Assembly (NCBI GenBank): GCA_005893265.1 | Contig: VBOX01000083.1 | Coordinates: forward strand, 1 to 59,098 | Source of the DNA: Candidatus Eiseniibacteriota bacterium | GTDB lineage: Bacteria; Eisenbacteria; RBG-16-71-46; SZUA-252 | DNA: 59,098 nt | Direction: 5' to 3' | Part shown: positions 28,140-37,794 of the stretch, piece after piece | How positions within the stretch are numbered: the stretch's first letter is position 1 | How the letters are laid out: every line of letters begins with the position of its first letter | Position numbers and translations under genes: made by a program | The notes under the pieces: generated by a model | Database searches by the model: none | The model's input: the letters and a program-made list of their open reading frames with translations, nothing else | What the model was told of the DNA's origin: nothing

Positions 28140-29705
28140 CTACCTCTCGTTGTCGGGATACGCCACGGCGCGATCCACCAGGCCACGCTTCAGAAGCCAC
28201 GCGGCCTTTTGCGCGGCCTCCTTGTAGGTCGCGTAATGACCGACGAACACACGATACCAACCCGGTTGATCGGGCGCGGCCGCGTACCAGGCGCCGATCC
28301 CCCGGGTGCGCAGGCTCTTCACCATTTCGCGGACCTTGCTCTCGGAGCGAAATGAGGCGATGTGGACGCGATAGGGCAGCGTGCTGAGCGCCTCCGAGCC
28401 CGCCGGCCGTGATGACGCGGGCGGTGGCGTCGCAGGCTGGGGTTCCTCCGACGTGGACGCTTCGGGCTCGCGGGCCTCCGGCGAGGGTGTCTCGGAGACG
28501 GAGCCCGTCTCCTCGGGCGGCGTCGCGGAGCCGCCCGCCGGCGCTCCCCCTGCCGGGTTCCCACCATTCGTTCGGGGCAGACCTTGTGGGTTCGACGCGC
28601 CGACGTCCGCGGGCAGAACCCGTTCCGTGCCTGCCGGGAGCGTCTCGCGCGTCTCCGCGGCCCCACGGTGCCGCAGCATTCGTGAAGTCACGAAAGCCCC
28701 TACTGCCGCCAGCACCAGCAGGGTCAGGACGGTGAAAAGCAGCGCGCGCGAGCGCTTGCGACTCGCCCGGGGCAGGCGACCGTGCCTTACCTCATCGGAC
28801 AGTTTCGTGACGAGTGCGCGCGCCGCCACCTCACCCGACTCCGCGGCTCGAGGCTCCACCGAACGGCGCGGCGGTGCCGGCCCACCACGCTCGCCGCTCC
28901 CCGTCTCCATGGAGTCCGGCTGCGTTCCCGTCCTCTCGGGAGCGGGGCTCAATCCAACATCCGCGTCCATCGGCCTGGCTGCCTTGGGTGGCTGCGCATG
29001 AGGCACCGCGATCCCGAGACAGCCGATCATGGGCGCGTCCGAGCCCCACAACTCGAGGAACGCGTCTCGGAGCGCGGCTCGGCTCGCGCGCTGAACCGAA
29101 GCGGCGAGGAGCACGCCGTCCATTCGCTTGGAAAGACGCCCCGTGAAGCCCTTTCGGTCAAGAAAGGGCGCCAGATAGAGCGTTACATCCACCCGCGAGG
29201 AGAAGATCCGCATGACGCGGGCCCAATCGGGATGCGCGGCGAAGCGTTCTCCGTCGGTCGCATGGCTTCCCGGGCCGACCAGCCAAAGGCTGTCGGCGAC
29301 AATCTCCCATGCGATGCGCTGAAAGGAGCACCCGTACTCCAAGGCGTCCACATATCCCTCGTTCGGATCGGGGCGCGGCCGGACCACCGTCGGGTGGCGG
29401 TAATCCAAGTCCACGACGGCGACCTTGAGCCCCTGGCGGCTCCACTCGCGGGCGAGCGCCAATCCGGTGGCGAAAAACTCCGGATCGTGCGGGAACCCGG
29501 TCAGAAAAAGGGATCGAAGCGTGAGCGATTTGCGAGTTTGGGTCAGGGCCTCGATGGCCGGCTTCAATCCTTCAGGATCGGCCGCTTCCAGAAGGGTCGA
29601 GGCTTGGGCGCCGGGCAGGATGGGCGTGACGCGAACGATGCCGATAAGCGGGAGGTTGACTTCCCGCGCGAAGCTCTGGGGATCGGAGTACCGCTCCACT
29701 TCCAA
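28140..29705 (-). CDS. membrane protein: degenerate BY-kinase/MinD-like P-loop domain - TM helix - Pro-rich linker - SPOR domain
   Basis: 521 aa. The N-terminal domain is colinear with BY-kinase/ParA-like ATPases (LFLTGFPHDPEFFATGLALAREWSRQGLKVAVVDLDYRHPTV ... LWLVGPG ... DVTLYLAPF ... DGVLLAASV), but Walker A and Walker B are not conserved. One TM helix (ALLFTVLTLLVLAAVGAFV). C-terminal SPOR repeat (YRVHIASFRSESKVREMVKSLRTRGIGAWY...GWYRVFVGHYATYKEA). Confidence 0.75.
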   Translation of the reverse strand: MEVERYSDPQSFAREVNLPLIGIVRVTPILPGAQASTLLEAADPEGLKPAIEALTQTRKSLTLRSLFLTGFPHDPEFFATGLALAREWSRQGLKVAVVDLDYRHPTVVRPRPDPNEGYVDALEYGCSFQRIAWEIVADSLWLVGPGSHATDGERFAAHPDWARVMRIFSSRVDVTLYLAPFLDRKGFTGRLSKRMDGVLLAASVQRASRAALRDAFLELWGSDAPMIGCLGIAVPHAQPPKAARPMDADVGLSPAPERTGTQPDSMETGSGERGGPAPPRRSVEPRAAESGEVAARALVTKLSDEVRHGRLPRASRKRSRALLFTVLTLLVLAAVGAFVTSRMLRHRGAAETRETLPAGTERVLPADVGASNPQGLPRTNGGNPAGGAPAGGSATPPEETGSVSETPSPEAREPEASTSEEPQPATPPPASSRPAGSEALSTLPYRVHIASFRSESKVREMVKSLRTRGIGAWYAAAPDQPGWYRVFVGHYATYKEAAQKAAWLLKRGLVDRAVAYPDNER

Positions 29706-29719
29706 TTCAGCGGACGGCG

Positions 29720-31138
29720 TCAGGGTTCCTCCTCGAGCGCTCGTACAAGCGAGGCGGCGAGCTTGGGAATTTCGCCGCGACTCACCGTGCGGAGATCCAA
29801 AAGGAGCCGACCCGACTCGATCCGACCGATCACGGGATCGGGACCGGTGCGGAGCGAGCGGGCTACGTCCTCGACCTTGCCCCGCGCGGGGCGGAGTACT
29901 ACGGCGTACGAGGGAACGCGCGCAAGCGGCATCGCGCCTCCGCCCACTTCGGTCGTGCAGGCTACCACCTCCGCGCGGAAGTGAGAAGCGCGATCCGCTC
30001 CGATCGCGCGAAGGACGCGTTTGGCGCGCGCGCGAACGCTCTCGGCGGACTCAGCGAGCATGCGAAGCGTTGGAATCGAGGCCGCGAGCATTTCGGGATC
30101 CCGATAGAGACGAAGCGTCGCCTCCAATGCCGCCAACGTGAGCTTGTCCACGCGGAGCGCGCGCGCCATCGGATTCGCCTTGAGCGCGGCGACGAGGCTC
30201 TTTCGCCCGGCGAGGATTCCCGCCTGGGGGCCGCCGAGCAGTTTGTCTCCGCTGAAGCAGACCAGCGGCACGCCCTGATCGAGCGCATCGCGCGCGATCG
30301 GTTCCGCGGGCAGTCCCCATCGCGTGAAATCGATGAGCGCGCCGCTTCCCAGATCCTCGAGGAGCGGCAGCCGCCGTTTCCGGCTCAACGCGGCAAGCTC
30401 CGCCCGCGTCACCTCCTCCGTGAAACCCACCATCGCGAAATTGCTCGGGTGGACGCGCAGGATCATCCCGGTTTCAGGGCCGATCGCGCGCTCGTAGTCG
30501 CGCAGGCGGGTCTTGTTCGTCGTGCCGATCTCCCGCAACCGGGCGCCGGCCCGCTCCAGAATCTCGGGAATCCGAAAGGAGCCTCCGATCTCGACGAGTT
30601 GCCCTCGCGAAACGACCGCCTCCTTGCCGAGCGAAAAGGTGTTGAGGGCGAGGAGCATCGCGGCCGCGTTGTTGTTCACGACGTGCGCTGCCTCGGCGCC
30701 CAGAAGCTCCGCGATGAGGGGCTCTAGATGAGCCATCCGCGAGCCGCGCGACCCGCTCTCCAGATCGAGCTCCAGGTTGGTGTAGCGTCGCGCGGCGTCG
30801 GTCACGGCGGAGACCGCCTCCTCCGCCAGGGGGGCGCGCCCAAGATTCGTGTGGAGGACGATTCCGGTCGCGTTGATCACGGGGCGAAAGGCCGGGCGAA
30901 CCGCCTCCCCGACCCGCCGCGCCGCGTCTCGCAGGATGGCGTCGCGCCCCGCTGCCTCGGCCTTTCCCCGCCCGCCGCCTCGCCGGATCGCGGAGCGGGC
31001 GGCAGCGATCGCCTCGCGGGCCGCCGCCACGAGCACGCTTCGGGGTGCCAAGCTCTGGAGCGCCGACATTTCCTCGGATTCGAGGAGCGAGCCAACCGAG
31101 GGCAACGATCGAAGCTCGGGACGTTTGGGCGTGGCCAA
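29720..31138 (-). CDS. selA: L-seryl-tRNA(Sec) selenium transferase
   Basis: 472 aa. PLP-lysine motif FSGDKLLGGPQAGILAGRK, RVDKLTLAALEATLRLY, and C-terminal GRIESGRLLLDLR, colinear with E. coli SelA. Confidence 0.9.
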   Translation of the reverse strand: MATPKRPELRSLPSVGSLLESEEMSALQSLAPRSVLVAAAREAIAAARSAIRRGGGRGKAEAAGRDAILRDAARRVGEAVRPAFRPVINATGIVLHTNLGRAPLAEEAVSAVTDAARRYTNLELDLESGSRGSRMAHLEPLIAELLGAEAAHVVNNNAAAMLLALNTFSLGKEAVVSRGQLVEIGGSFRIPEILERAGARLREIGTTNKTRLRDYERAIGPETGMILRVHPSNFAMVGFTEEVTRAELAALSRKRRLPLLEDLGSGALIDFTRWGLPAEPIARDALDQGVPLVCFSGDKLLGGPQAGILAGRKSLVAALKANPMARALRVDKLTLAALEATLRLYRDPEMLAASIPTLRMLAESAESVRARAKRVLRAIGADRASHFRAEVVACTTEVGGGAMPLARVPSYAVVLRPARGKVEDVARSLRTGPDPVIGRIESGRLLLDLRTVSRGEIPKLAASLVRALEEEP

Positions 31139-31152
31139 TGGGTCCTCCTCGA

Positions 31153-31869
31153 TCAGCCCGGTCCGCCCAGGTAGGCGGCCTGCACGAAGGGGCTCTCCAG
31201 AAGCACCTGCGCGCGATCGGACATTCGAACGGAGCCTGTCTCCAGGACGTAACCCCGGTCCGCCGTCGCCAGCGCCAGGCGCGCGTTCTGCTCGACCAGG
31301 ACGATGGTCGTGCCCTGGCTCCGGATCTCACGGATTACCGAGAAAATCTCCCGCACGAGAATCGGGGCCAAGCCGAGCGAGGGCTCGTCCATCAAGAGGA
31401 GCGTGGGCTTCGCCATGAGCGCGCGGCCGATCGCGAGCATTTGCTGTTCCCCGCCGCTCAGGGTGCCCGCCGCCTGACGGCGCCGCTCGTCGAGCCTCGG
31501 AAACAGGCGAAAGACCTTTTTCAGGTCTTCGACGCACCCGGCGCGGTCTTTTCGTAGATACGCGCCCATCTCCAAATTGTCGAGCACGGTGAGGTTCGCG
31601 AATACGATCCGGCCCTCGGGAACGTGGGAGACCCCCTCCCGAACGATCTCGTGAGGCTTGACCCCCACGAGAGACTTTCCCCGGAAGCGGATCGAGCCGG
31701 CGCTCGGCTTGATGAGCCCGGAGATCGCCCGAAGGGTGGTGCTCTTCCCCGCCCCGTTCGCCCCGACGAGCGTGACGATCCCACCCTCCTCGGCCGCGAG
31801 CGAGACTCCCTTCAGGGCGTGGATCGCCCCGTAATGGACGTTGAGATTTTCCACCTCGAGGAGGCTCAA
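31153..31869 (-). CDS. livF: branched-chain amino acid ABC transporter ATP-binding protein
   Basis: ORF 31153..32349 trimmed to a TTG overlapping the livG stop (TTGA). LSLLEVENLNVHYG, Walker A GANGAGKST, LSGGEQQML, LLLMDEPS. Confidence 0.9.
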   Translation of the reverse strand: MSLLEVENLNVHYGAIHALKGVSLAAEEGGIVTLVGANGAGKSTTLRAISGLIKPSAGSIRFRGKSLVGVKPHEIVREGVSHVPEGRIVFANLTVLDNLEMGAYLRKDRAGCVEDLKKVFRLFPRLDERRRQAAGTLSGGEQQMLAIGRALMAKPTLLLMDEPSLGLAPILVREIFSVIREIRSQGTTIVLVEQNARLALATADRGYVLETGSVRMSDRAQVLLESPFVQAAYLGGPG

Positions 31870-32636
31870 GGCTCCTCCCCCAGGTACGCTTCGATCACCT
31901 TGGGGTCCCGACGGATCTCCTCCGGGGTTCCTTCCGCGATCTTCACGCCGTAGTCGAGCACCGCGATCCGCTCGCAGATCCCCATGACGACTTTCATATC
32001 GTGCTCGATCAGGAGGACCGTGAGGCCGAACCGGTCCCTGACCTCGCGGACCAGCCGCATGAGCGCTTCCGTCTCCTGGGGGTTCATCCCCGCGGCGGGC
32101 TCGTCGAGCAGGAGTAGCTTCGGCTCGGTCGCCAACGTGCGGGCGATCTCGAGCCGGCGCTGCTCCCCATAGGGAAGGCTCCGCGCTTCGCTGTCGCGAT
32201 ATTTCGTGAGGCCGAAGGACCCGAGCAGCTCCTCGGACCGGATCACGATGTCGCGCTCCTCGCGCGCGGACCGGGGTGTGCCGAACATGCTGTCGGCGAG
32301 GCCGGTGCCGCAATGGAGGTGGCAGGCGATGCGGACATTGTCGAGGCAAGACAGGTCCGAGAAGAGGCGCGGATTCTGGAACGTGCGGGCGACCCCACGC
32401 CGGGCGATCACGTTGGTCGGACGCCCCTGGATCGGCTTCCCTTCGAGGAGGATCGATCCCTCGGCCGGCCTGTAGACGCCGGTGATCACGTTGAAGACCG
32501 TCGTCTTCCCGGCGCCGTTCGGGCCAATCAATCCGCCCAGCATTCCGCGTGGAAGGTCGTAGTCGAGGTTCGAAACGGCCTTGAGCCCACCGAACGTGAC
32601 CCCGAGCCTGCGCAGCGAGAGGAGCGGCCCGCTCAT
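31866..32636 (-). CDS. livG: branched-chain amino acid ABC transporter ATP-binding protein
   Basis: Trimmed to MSGPLLSLRRLGVTFGG, with an ATGA overlap on the livM stop. Walker A GPNGAGKTT, LPYGEQRRLEIAR, LLLLDEPAAG. Confidence 0.9.
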   Translation of the reverse strand: MSGPLLSLRRLGVTFGGLKAVSNLDYDLPRGMLGGLIGPNGAGKTTVFNVITGVYRPAEGSILLEGKPIQGRPTNVIARRGVARTFQNPRLFSDLSCLDNVRIACHLHCGTGLADSMFGTPRSAREERDIVIRSEELLGSFGLTKYRDSEARSLPYGEQRRLEIARTLATEPKLLLLDEPAAGMNPQETEALMRLVREVRDRFGLTVLLIEHDMKVVMGICERIAVLDYGVKIAEGTPEEIRRDPKVIEAYLGEEP

Positions 32637-33622
32637 GTCGCCGGGGTCGGACGGGAGCGGCGGCGCGAAAACCACGACCGGAAGGACACTTCGCGCCGGC
32701 CGAGGATGCCCTGGGGCCGGGCGATCATGAGCAGGATCAGGAGCAGCGAGTAGATGATGAGCCTTTCGCTGCTCGCGAATCGGAGGAGCTCCGGCAGGGC
32801 GGTGAGGAGTGTCGCGCCCAGAATCGATCCCGTGAGGCTCCCCATCCCTCCCAGCACGACCATGATGATGACCTCGATCGACTTCATGAACGTGAAGCTG
32901 TTCGTGTGGAGATAGGTGTAGTGGGAGAAAAGCGCCCCGGCCATGCCCGCGAAAAAAGCCCCGATAACGAAGGCCGTGATCTTGTACCGCGTGGTTGGGA
33001 CGCCGAGCGCCTCCGCGGCGATCTCATCCTCGCGGATCGCGAGGAGGGCCCGCCCGTGATAGGAGCGCATGAGGTTCCGGATCAGCACGAACGTGACCCA
33101 CGCGCCGCCGAGCACCCACGCGAGGTTCGTGCGTTGCGGCACGCCCGCAAAGCCTCGCGCGCCCCCCACGGCGTCGATGTTCAGGATCGCGACGCGGATG
33201 ATCTCGCCGAAACCGAGGGTCACGATCGCGAGATAATCGCCCCGGAGCCTCATCGAAGGGAGCCCGACCAGGAACCCCGCCACCGCGGAAACGAGCCCGC
33301 CGACCAGGATCGCGAGGAGAAACGCGGCGGCGGCCACCCATCCGCCCTTCGAAGCCTCGGCCCCGAGCATCAGCGGAACGGCGTATACGGTGTACGCGGC
33401 GGATGCATAGGCGCCCACGGCCATGAATCCCGCGTGCCCGATCGAGAATTGCCCTGTGATTCCATTCACCAGATTCAGGCTCAGCGCCAGGATCACGTTG
33501 ATCGAGCAGAGAACGAGAACTCGGTAAATGTACGGATTCAGGATCCGGGATCCCGCCCAATCGATCGCCCAGACGACAGCGATCGCCGCGACCGTTCCGA
33601 TGACCCCGCGCGCCCCGCTCAC
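32633..33622 (-). CDS. livM: branched-chain amino acid ABC transporter permease
   Basis: 329 aa polytopic LivM-type permease (GQFSIGHAGFMAVGAY). GTGA overlap with the livH stop. Confidence 0.9.
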   Translation of the reverse strand: MSGARGVIGTVAAIAVVWAIDWAGSRILNPYIYRVLVLCSINVILALSLNLVNGITGQFSIGHAGFMAVGAYASAAYTVYAVPLMLGAEASKGGWVAAAAFLLAILVGGLVSAVAGFLVGLPSMRLRGDYLAIVTLGFGEIIRVAILNIDAVGGARGFAGVPQRTNLAWVLGGAWVTFVLIRNLMRSYHGRALLAIREDEIAAEALGVPTTRYKITAFVIGAFFAGMAGALFSHYTYLHTNSFTFMKSIEVIIMVVLGGMGSLTGSILGATLLTALPELLRFASSERLIIYSLLLILLMIARPQGILGRREVSFRSWFSRRRSRPTPAT

Positions 33623-34527
33623 ACCTTCTCCGTCACGTTCCGGCCCAGGAGACCGGTCGGCTTGATGAGCAGAACGATGATCAGGATCACGAAGGCAATC
33701 GCGTCTCGATACGTGGAGGAGATGTAGCCCACGACCATATACTCGGAGATTCCCATCACGAGGCCGCCGATCACGGCTCCCGGGATGCTACCGATTCCGC
33801 CGAGCACCGCTGCCACGAACGCCTTGACGCCCGGCATGATGCCCATCAAAGGCTCAATCTTGGGATTCGTGAGCCCAACCAGAAACCCGGCCGCCGCGGC
33901 CAGCGCGGAACCGATGGCGAAGGTGATCGTGATGATCCGATCGACCGGGATACCCATGAGGCTCGCGGCGTCCCGGTTGAAGGCGACGGCCCGCATCGCC
34001 TTTCCAGTCCGGGTCTTCTGGATGAACAGCGTGAGCGCCACCATGAGCAGCACGGAGACAACGACCACCATGATCTGATGGTTGGTCACCATGACGCCCC
34101 CGGCCAGGGCGATCGTGCGCGGCGCGATGACTTGCGGGAAGAACTTTGGATCGGCGCCGAAGATCCGGATGCCAGCGTTCTCGAGGAAGAGGGAAACCCC
34201 GATCGCGGTAATGAGCGCGGTAATCCGGGAGGAGCGGCGGACCGGCCGGTAGGCGAACAGCTCGATCAAGACCCCGAGCGCGGCGCAAATCACCATCGAG
34301 CCCAGGAGAACCGCCGCCGCGACGAGCGGCGAAGCCTCGACGACGGTTCCGACGCCCATCGCCCGGGCGAGGAAGTAGGCCGCGAACGCGCCCACCATGT
34401 AGATGTCGCCGTGGGCGAAGTTGATCAGGCGCAGGATGCCGTAGACCATGGTGTAGCCCAGCGCGATCAGGGCATAGATGCTCCCCCAGGCGACGCCGTT
34501 CGCGAGCTGCTGAAGAAACTCCTGCAC
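33619..34527 (-). CDS. livH: branched-chain amino acid ABC transporter permease
   Basis: 302 aa. LivH-type N-terminus FLQQLANGVAWGSIYALIALGYTMVYGILRLINFAHG. Confidence 0.9.
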   Translation of the reverse strand: MQEFLQQLANGVAWGSIYALIALGYTMVYGILRLINFAHGDIYMVGAFAAYFLARAMGVGTVVEASPLVAAAVLLGSMVICAALGVLIELFAYRPVRRSSRITALITAIGVSLFLENAGIRIFGADPKFFPQVIAPRTIALAGGVMVTNHQIMVVVVSVLLMVALTLFIQKTRTGKAMRAVAFNRDAASLMGIPVDRIITITFAIGSALAAAAGFLVGLTNPKIEPLMGIMPGVKAFVAAVLGGIGSIPGAVIGGLVMGISEYMVVGYISSTYRDAIAFVILIIVLLIKPTGLLGRNVTEKV

Positions 34528-34555
34528 CGGGGAACCGAGTGTCTTTTGGCTGCGC

Positions 34556-35749
34556 CTACGGCTCGACCGTGGCGACGAACTTGTAGCCTCGGTTCTCGAT
34601 GCCGAGGAAGACAGCGGGCTTCACGGCGTTTCGATGGTCGTCGAGAGAGATCTTTCCCGTGACGCCCGGGTAATCGCGGGTTGCGGCGATCAAGTCACGC
34701 AGCTTGGCGCGGGCTGCTTTTTGCTCGGCGTTTGGTGGCCCCGACAGCGTCTCGAAGGCCTTGGGGTCCTCCGTCGAGAGCCGCTGCATCGCGTTGGCGA
34801 GCACGCCTGCGGCGTCGTAGGCGAGGGCGGCGAGCCCGTCCGGGGTCGCCTTATACCGCTTGTGGTAGCTTTGGACAAATCCCTGGACCAGAGGATTGGG
34901 GTCCTGCTCCCAGTAGTGATTCACGAGGTACGAGCCGTTCAGGGCGTCCTGTGCGATCTCGAGCAGGCGTTCCGAGACCCATCCATCACCGCCGAGCATC
35001 GGAACATTGAGCCCCAGCTCGCGCGCCTGCCGCGCGATCAGGCCCACTTCTGTGTAGTAGCCGGGGATGAAGATGAACTCAGGTTTCTTGCTCTTGATCA
35101 CGGTGAGCTGCGCCTTGAAGTCCTGGTCTCCTTCACTGTAGGACTGGTCCGTCACGATCGTGCCGCCCATGCCGCGGAAGGATTCGGTGAAGAAATTCGC
35201 GAGCCCAACGCTGTAGTCGTTCTTGTTGTCGCGGAACACCGCGGCCTTGGAGAAATGCAGCGTGTTCTTGGCGAATCTCGCGATCACCATGCCTTGAAAC
35301 GGATCGATGTAGCAGACGCGGAAGATTTGATCGCCGATATCGGTCACGCGCGGATTCGTGGAGGAAGGGCTGATCATCGGGACCCCCGCACTCTGGCAAA
35401 TCGGAGCCGCCGCGAGGCTCCGGCTGCTTGCCACCTCGCCCAAGACCGCGACGACGCCGTCCTGCGCGATGAGCTTGTTCACCGCGGTCGCCGCCTCCTC
35501 GGGCTTGCTCTGGTCATCCTCCACCAGTACGTGGATTTTCTTTCCGCCGATCCCCCCCTGCACGTTCAGGTTGTCCACGTAGAGCTCGATTCCGTTCTTC
35601 GACGAGATCCCGAACGTCGCGGTGCTGCCCGTAAGGGAGCCATATTCCCCGACTTTGATCTCGGTTTCCCGCTTCGCGCAGCCTTGGAGCGCTGCCAGGC
35701 AAAGGAGCGTGATCGCGAAGAGGGGTAAGACGCTCCGGATCCGGATCAT
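34556..35749 (-). CDS. ABC transporter substrate-binding lipoprotein (LivJ/K-like, periplasmic binding protein type 1)
   Basis: ORF trimmed to MIRIRSVLPLFAITLLCLAALQGCAK (lipobox). The mature part, IKVGEYGSLTGSTATFG...IAQDGVVAVLGEVASS, is typical of Leu/Ile/Val-binding proteins. Confidence 0.85.
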   Translation of the reverse strand: MIRIRSVLPLFAITLLCLAALQGCAKRETEIKVGEYGSLTGSTATFGISSKNGIELYVDNLNVQGGIGGKKIHVLVEDDQSKPEEAATAVNKLIAQDGVVAVLGEVASSRSLAAAPICQSAGVPMISPSSTNPRVTDIGDQIFRVCYIDPFQGMVIARFAKNTLHFSKAAVFRDNKNDYSVGLANFFTESFRGMGGTIVTDQSYSEGDQDFKAQLTVIKSKKPEFIFIPGYYTEVGLIARQARELGLNVPMLGGDGWVSERLLEIAQDALNGSYLVNHYWEQDPNPLVQGFVQSYHKRYKATPDGLAALAYDAAGVLANAMQRLSTEDPKAFETLSGPPNAEQKAARAKLRDLIAATRDYPGVTGKISLDDHRNAVKPAVFLGIENRGYKFVATVEP

Positions 35750-35839
35750 AGCGCGACCTCCGTGCCGTAAGTGTTTGAATCCAAAGGCATTTTCCATTCC
35801 TGGACCGCGCGCCACCCTAGCCCAAGCCGGGCAAGGCTT

Positions 35840-37258
35840 TCAAGGGGATAGCGGATTCTGGGACACCGGGACCGCCTTACCTGACTGGATCGCGAATCGC
35901 TCCGGCTCGGCGGGAACGAGCGGACGAAGCGCGCGTAGCGCGCGCCCCTCATCGCTGTCGTAGAGCTGAGCCCGGAGGGCCTCGCGGAGCATCGACGCGT
36001 TCAAGCTTCCCCGCTCAATGCCTCGCGTGACCGAAAGGCCGACGAGGTAGCCGCGGACCGACATCCGGGTCGGCGAATCGCCGAAGGAGCGCCGGTATCG
36101 AGTCTCAAAGGAATCTCGCGGCGCCCCGGTCAGCACGTAATCCGTCGCGAAATACGTCGCCCCCTCGAGCGCCGCCCGGGCCTCCCCGTTGAGTCCGGCG
36201 GGGTCCAGAGCGTCGAATCCGAAAACGCGCGCTTTGGGCCAGGCCGTGGGAAGCTGCGCCGCGGCGATGCCGGCGAGGCGCGGCGGGGTGAGGAGCACGA
36301 GCGCTCCCGCGTGCTTCCCCCGCAGGGAGGAGATCGCGCGGGTCAAATCGACTGCGTTCTCGGGGACAACCTCCGTACCCGCCACCTCGACCCCGGCGGC
36401 CTTGCACGAGCTCAACAACGCGACCGCTCTGGCGGAATCGTCGGGGGTACCGGCGACAAGGACCCCCACCGAGCTCTTCGGCATTTCCTTTGCGAGTACC
36501 CGCGTCAACGCCTGCGCCAGGACCCCGTTTCCGAGATGGAGCTGAAACACCGCGTCCCCCAGGATCGCAAGCCGCTCGTTGGTCGCGGAAGGCGAGATGA
36601 GCACGGCGCCCACGACCTGGCTCGCGGCCGCCAAGGGAGCGGTGTTGGCGCTGAACAGCTCGCCGATGATCACGGAGACGCCGTGGTCGCGCAGGAGCCA
36701 TCGCGCCTTGCGCGCGCCGACGAGCGGGTCTCCCTCGGAATCGTGGAGAATCAACGTGAGGTTGGGGGCCCATTCGCGATTGTGCTCCTCCATCGCGACC
36801 CTCAACCCTTGAACAAACGTCTTCCCGTAGCGGTCGAACCGGCCGGTGAGCGGGATCACGACGCCAATCCGCACCAAGCCGCTCCCCGCTCGCCGCAGCG
36901 CGAGGGAATCAAGCGGGCACTCCTCCAGATGAGAGAGAATCTGGCGTAGCTTTTTCTGCTCGGCGCCCCGCGCGCCGGCGGCGAGACCTACCCGCGCCGC
37001 CCAGATCCGCTCCGCGGCACGGGCGACCGGGTCGAGCCGGTCGATCTCGGGTTGGGTGACGTATTCCGTCGCCCAAGAAGCCGCCTCGGGCGTCGAGGGC
37101 CGGTCGAGCAACTTGGCCTTCAACTCCGCCGCCTTGCTCAGAGGGTAGCGCTTCTCGGCCATTTCGCTTCCGGCGGGGCGGGCAGGCGCCAGGACGAGGG
37201 TCCAGCAGAGCCCCAGGAAGAGGAGGGCTCCGGCGGCCGGGCGGGCGTCAGCCCGCAT
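35840..37258 (-). CDS. periplasmic binding protein type 1 family protein with N-terminal helical extension (LivK/LpoA-like)
   Basis: 472 aa. Signal peptide, about 100 aa of helical extension, then RIGVVIPLTGRFDRYGKTFVQGLRVAMEE...VIIGELFSANTAPLA. Function (transport versus LpoA-like activator) is not resolvable by eye. Confidence 0.65.
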   Translation of the reverse strand: MRADARPAAGALLFLGLCWTLVLAPARPAGSEMAEKRYPLSKAAELKAKLLDRPSTPEAASWATEYVTQPEIDRLDPVARAAERIWAARVGLAAGARGAEQKKLRQILSHLEECPLDSLALRRAGSGLVRIGVVIPLTGRFDRYGKTFVQGLRVAMEEHNREWAPNLTLILHDSEGDPLVGARKARWLLRDHGVSVIIGELFSANTAPLAAASQVVGAVLISPSATNERLAILGDAVFQLHLGNGVLAQALTRVLAKEMPKSSVGVLVAGTPDDSARAVALLSSCKAAGVEVAGTEVVPENAVDLTRAISSLRGKHAGALVLLTPPRLAGIAAAQLPTAWPKARVFGFDALDPAGLNGEARAALEGATYFATDYVLTGAPRDSFETRYRRSFGDSPTRMSVRGYLVGLSVTRGIERGSLNASMLREALRAQLYDSDEGRALRALRPLVPAEPERFAIQSGKAVPVSQNPLSP

Positions 37259-37784
37259 GGCTCACCGCTGCGTGCTCGCGCGCGAGACGAACGTAGCCTT
37301 CCGCGGATTCCCGAAGCCGCGCGTGCGCGGCATCGGGGATGGGCCCTTTGATCTTGGCGGGCACGCCCGCGACGAAGGAGCGGGGTGGAACCCGGGTGCC
37401 CTCGAGCACGATGCTGCCGGCCGCCACCAGCGATTCCTCCCCGATCACGCACCCGTCCAGGAGCACGGAGCCCATTCCGATCAAACAGCGATCCTCCACG
37501 GTCGCCCCGTGCAGGACCGCCCGGTGCCCGACGGTCACTTCCGCGCCCACCACGAGCGGTTGGCCGCCGCCCGTGACGTGCAGGACGCATCCATCCTGAA
37601 TGTTGCTCTTGGCGCCGATCCGGATCGCTCCGACGTCCCCACGAACCACCGCCCCATACCAGACGCTGGCCTCTTCCCCCAAAACGACGTCGCCCACCAC
37701 GGTCGCGGTGGGCGCGATGAACACGGATGCCGGGATCCTGGGCGAGCTTCCCCGGATGGCAGCGATGAGGGGTCGGGTCACCAC
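37248..37784 (-). CDS. gamma-class carbonic anhydrase family / hexapeptide-repeat protein
   Basis: 178 aa. Left-handed beta-helix repeats with VWYGAVVRGDVGAIRIGAKSNIQDGCVLH and VGHRAVLHG, typical of the YrdA/PaaY group. Confidence 0.85.
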   Translation of the reverse strand: MVTRPLIAAIRGSSPRIPASVFIAPTATVVGDVVLGEEASVWYGAVVRGDVGAIRIGAKSNIQDGCVLHVTGGGQPLVVGAEVTVGHRAVLHGATVEDRCLIGMGSVLLDGCVIGEESLVAAGSIVLEGTRVPPRSFVAGVPAKIKGPIPDAAHARLRESAEGYVRLAREHAAVSHAG

Positions 37785-37794
37785 GCCCGGGAGT

